From positions 27,991 through 91,990 of the forward strand of contig JAUXNU010000144.1 of the NCBI GenBank assembly GCA_030682655.1: a stretch of DNA of 64,000 nt. The letters are read 5' to 3'. Shown here piece after piece: positions 61,819 to 64,000 of this stretch. Positions within the stretch are counted from its first letter, which is position 1; each line of letters begins with the position of its first letter. The notes below the pieces were generated by a model. The model was not told the origin of the DNA, did no database searches, and saw only the letters and a list, made by a program, of their open reading frames with translations. Made by a program: the position numbers and the translations under genes. Origin of the DNA: Actinomycetota bacterium (GTDB taxonomy: Bacteria > Actinomycetota > Coriobacteriia > Anaerosomatales > JAUXNU01).

Positions 61819-62925
61819 GTGCCCGATCGAAAGCGCGTCCTGATACTCGGCGCCTCTTCCGGAGGTGGCCTCGGCGCGGCCGCCCGGGCGCTGCAGAGCT
61901 ACTATGGGGATCACTACTCCCGCGAGATCGAAGTCCGGCTGGTCGACTTCTTCGAGGAGTTCGCACCAAGCCTGAACATTCTCGCAAAGTTCGCCTACCA
62001 GCAACCGGGACAGTTCTTCCCGGCGTTCTCCGGCACGTTCGGCGACGCCTCCCGGGACATGCCGGGCAACCCAGTGGTTCAGGCGCTCGAGAGTGTGGGG
62101 ATCGACCGCGCCCGCGCTTTCGTCCACGAGTACGCACCGCACGCCGTGATCTCGACATTCCCGATCGCCGGCGGAATAGTCGCGGACCTCAAGGGCGATC
62201 GCGAGTTCTTGGCAGCGACCGTGATCGCCGACTACAGCGCGCAGCAAGCATGGTTGCACCCGGCGACAGACATCTACTTCGCCGCCTGCAGAGAGGCTCG
62301 CGAGAACCTGGTGATCCGAGGAGCCGCTTGGGAGAAAGTGGTCGTGTCGGGCGTACCCATCCATGAGAGGTTCGCCGAGGCCGGAGATCGCACCAAAGCG
62401 CGAAACCACCACGAGCTGGCAGACCGCTTCACCGTCATGCTCGCACCTAGCTTCGGAACCCACGGTGACCTGGGGGACCTCGCACGGAAGCTGGCTGCAG
62501 CAGGCGTCCAGGTCGCGGCTGTTGCCGGCCATAACAAGCGGCTGGGGCGGAGAATCGAGGAAGTAGCCCGAGGAGTTGTATTGCTGAAGGGATACGGTTT
62601 TGTTGAGGGAATGAATACAATGATGATGGCGGTCGATGTGATCATCGGCCAAGCGGGTGGGCTTATGGTGTCCGAGGCGCTCGCGATGGGCTTGCCGATG
62701 ATCATGTACGGTTCTGTGCCGGGACAAGAACTCCACAGCGTCGACTTCATTGTGAACAGCGGGGCAGGGTTCGTTTCACGAGACGATGATGATGTTGTCG
62801 AGAAGGTGAGGTTCCTGTCCACGCATCCGGAGCGTCTCGGGCAGATGGCATCGAACGCTGCGGCACTCGGCAAGCCGGCGGCGGCGCGAGTGGTGTGTGA
62901 GCGTGTCATGGCTGCTTTGAGATAG
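61819..62925 (+). CDS. MGDG-synthase/UgtP-like glycosyltransferase (GT28 family)
   Basis: An N-terminal segment (RVLILGASSGGGLGAAARAL) and a C-terminal GT-B segment (KGYGFVEGMNTMMMAVDVIIGQAGGLMVSEALAMGLPMI) are present. Confidence 0.7.
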   Translation: MPDRKRVLILGASSGGGLGAAARALQSYYGDHYSREIEVRLVDFFEEFAPSLNILAKFAYQQPGQFFPAFSGTFGDASRDMPGNPVVQALESVGIDRARAFVHEYAPHAVISTFPIAGGIVADLKGDREFLAATVIADYSAQQAWLHPATDIYFAACREARENLVIRGAAWEKVVVSGVPIHERFAEAGDRTKARNHHELADRFTVMLAPSFGTHGDLGDLARKLAAAGVQVAAVAGHNKRLGRRIEEVARGVVLLKGYGFVEGMNTMMMAVDVIIGQAGGLMVSEALAMGLPMIMYGSVPGQELHSVDFIVNSGAGFVSRDDDDVVEKVRFLSTHPERLGQMASNAAALGKPAAARVVCERVMAALR

Positions 62926-62954
62926 GCGACGTTTTGGCCAGGAGGTAGGTCGGT

Positions 62955-63524
62955 ATGGATCTATTCGAGGCATTTGAGAAGCGTCACTCGGTTCGCTCGT
63001 TCTCTCCGGAACCGGTTCCGAAGGAGCTCATCGACAAGCTCATCTACGCAGCATCCCTTGCTCCTTCATCTCTGAATGAACAACCCTGGCGCTTCTACGT
63101 CGTTCGTGGCGAGTCACGGACCAAGCTCGGGCAGATCATGGCGCAGAGCACTTCATACCTCGAGGAGTACCTGAAGATCCTCGGCAAGGAGATGGACGAC
63201 CACGTTGTGCAGTGGTACTCGGAGCTTGGCGGGGCGCCTGTGGTCATGGCGTGCACGATGCCGCGCGTGGAGGACGACTTCGCGCGGCTGAACAAGCACA
63301 TCGCCGCCGGCGCCGCCCTCGAGCACATCCTGCTTGCTGCTACCGACCTTGGTCTTGGCGCCTGCATGGTGACATTCTCCTTCTGGGTCCGCGACGACAT
63401 CGGCAGGGAACTGGGCATCCCCGACGAGAGGGCCATCGTGGCGCTGGTTGTCCTTGGCTATCCGAGTGACGAGCCGCCGCTGGTGCCTCCCAAGCGACAC
63501 GATGTCGGGGTCTACCTCGACTGA
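62955..63524 (+). CDS. nitroreductase family protein
   Basis: The N-terminus FEKRHSVRSFSPEPVPKELIDKLIYAASLAPSSLNEQPWRFYVV is typical. The RBS is AGGAGG. Confidence 0.85.
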   Translation: MDLFEAFEKRHSVRSFSPEPVPKELIDKLIYAASLAPSSLNEQPWRFYVVRGESRTKLGQIMAQSTSYLEEYLKILGKEMDDHVVQWYSELGGAPVVMACTMPRVEDDFARLNKHIAAGAALEHILLAATDLGLGACMVTFSFWVRDDIGRELGIPDERAIVALVVLGYPSDEPPLVPPKRHDVGVYLD

Positions 63525-64000
63525 TGATGGCCGAAGGGGTCTTCTTCGACGTCGGAAACACGCTCCTGTATCCCTATCCGAGCGTGTCCGAAGTCTGCAG
63601 AGAGGTCCTTCGCAGCGCCGGACATGACCGGGAGCTTGACTCCATCGAGCAGGTCATGCCGCTGGTCGACGCCTACTATGAGGACCGCTACCGGGAGGAC
63701 GACACCTTCTGGACCGATGAGGGCGAGACCTCCTCCGTATGGGTGGGGATGTACTCGCTGTTGTGCCGCAGACTCGGCATCGCCGAGGAGGCCGAGACGC
63801 TTGCTCGCCGCGTGTACGATGAGTTCGGTCGTCCCGATAGGTGGCGGGTCTACGATGACGTGTTTCCGGTTCTCCGCAGGCTGAGAGAGCGTGGCATCAA
63901 GACCGGCATCATCTCCAACTGGGATCGCAGGCTACCCGTGCTCCTCGAGGGACTAGGATTCGGAGACTTCGTAGACGTGGTGATCTCCTCGGCGGTCGTA
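63524..64000 (+). CDS. HAD-superfamily hydrolase (REG-2-like subfamily IA), C-terminus beyond the window
   Basis: The ATG overlaps the previous stop. Motif I-like FFDVGNTL is followed by GIKTGIISNWD. The frame is open to position 64000. Confidence 0.7.
   Translation, partial: MMAEGVFFDVGNTLLYPYPSVSEVCREVLRSAGHDRELDSIEQVMPLVDAYYEDRYREDDTFWTDEGETSSVWVGMYSLLCRRLGIAEEAETLARRVYDEFGRPDRWRVYDDVFPVLRRLRERGIKTGIISNWDRRLPVLLEGLGFGDFVDVVISSAVV

Overview
This is a gene-dense, visibly high-GC chromosomal segment with about 60 protein genes and one tRNA-Leu. I found no rRNA, CRISPR array, transposase, integrase or prophage block. All calls rest on motif recognition by eye; no database search was possible.

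The left two thirds are a housekeeping backbone with the synteny typical of high-GC Gram-positive (Actinomycetota-like) genomes:
- acs plus a PduO-type corrinoid adenosyltransferase
- amt-glnK-glnD (minus strand)
- a free-standing 4xPASTA lipoprotein
- uvrA behind a Cheo-type LexA box, then two unknown exported proteins, then uvrC
- a ~1000-aa polytopic membrane protein and a holin-IV/YvlD-like protein
- rapZ-yvcK-whiA, then gap-pgk-tpiA-gpmI-secG
- a 5-gene peptide ABC importer

The right third (about 35.9-63.5 kb) looks accessory or regulatory:
- two large SpoIIE/PP2C sensor phosphatases
- a translationally coupled cassette: radical-SAM-like protein, B12-binding radical SAM enzyme, aminotransferase
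- a CsoR-family repressor with two near-identical operators, one at trxA/chelatase and one at csoR/CDF
- a complete sigma-54 module (rpoN, histidine kinase, NtrC-type activator), followed by a good -24/-12 promoter in front of a copZ-cupredoxin-copA-ccdA operon
- a fused STAS + RsbW-like kinase protein

The most interesting hypothesis is that copper/thiol homeostasis is sigma-54 dependent, in a lineage type where sigma-54 is usually reported absent. The cupredoxin gene of that operon carries a +1 frameshift at a TTT run. Many long alternative-frame ORFs in the supplied track are GC-driven shadows and were rejected.
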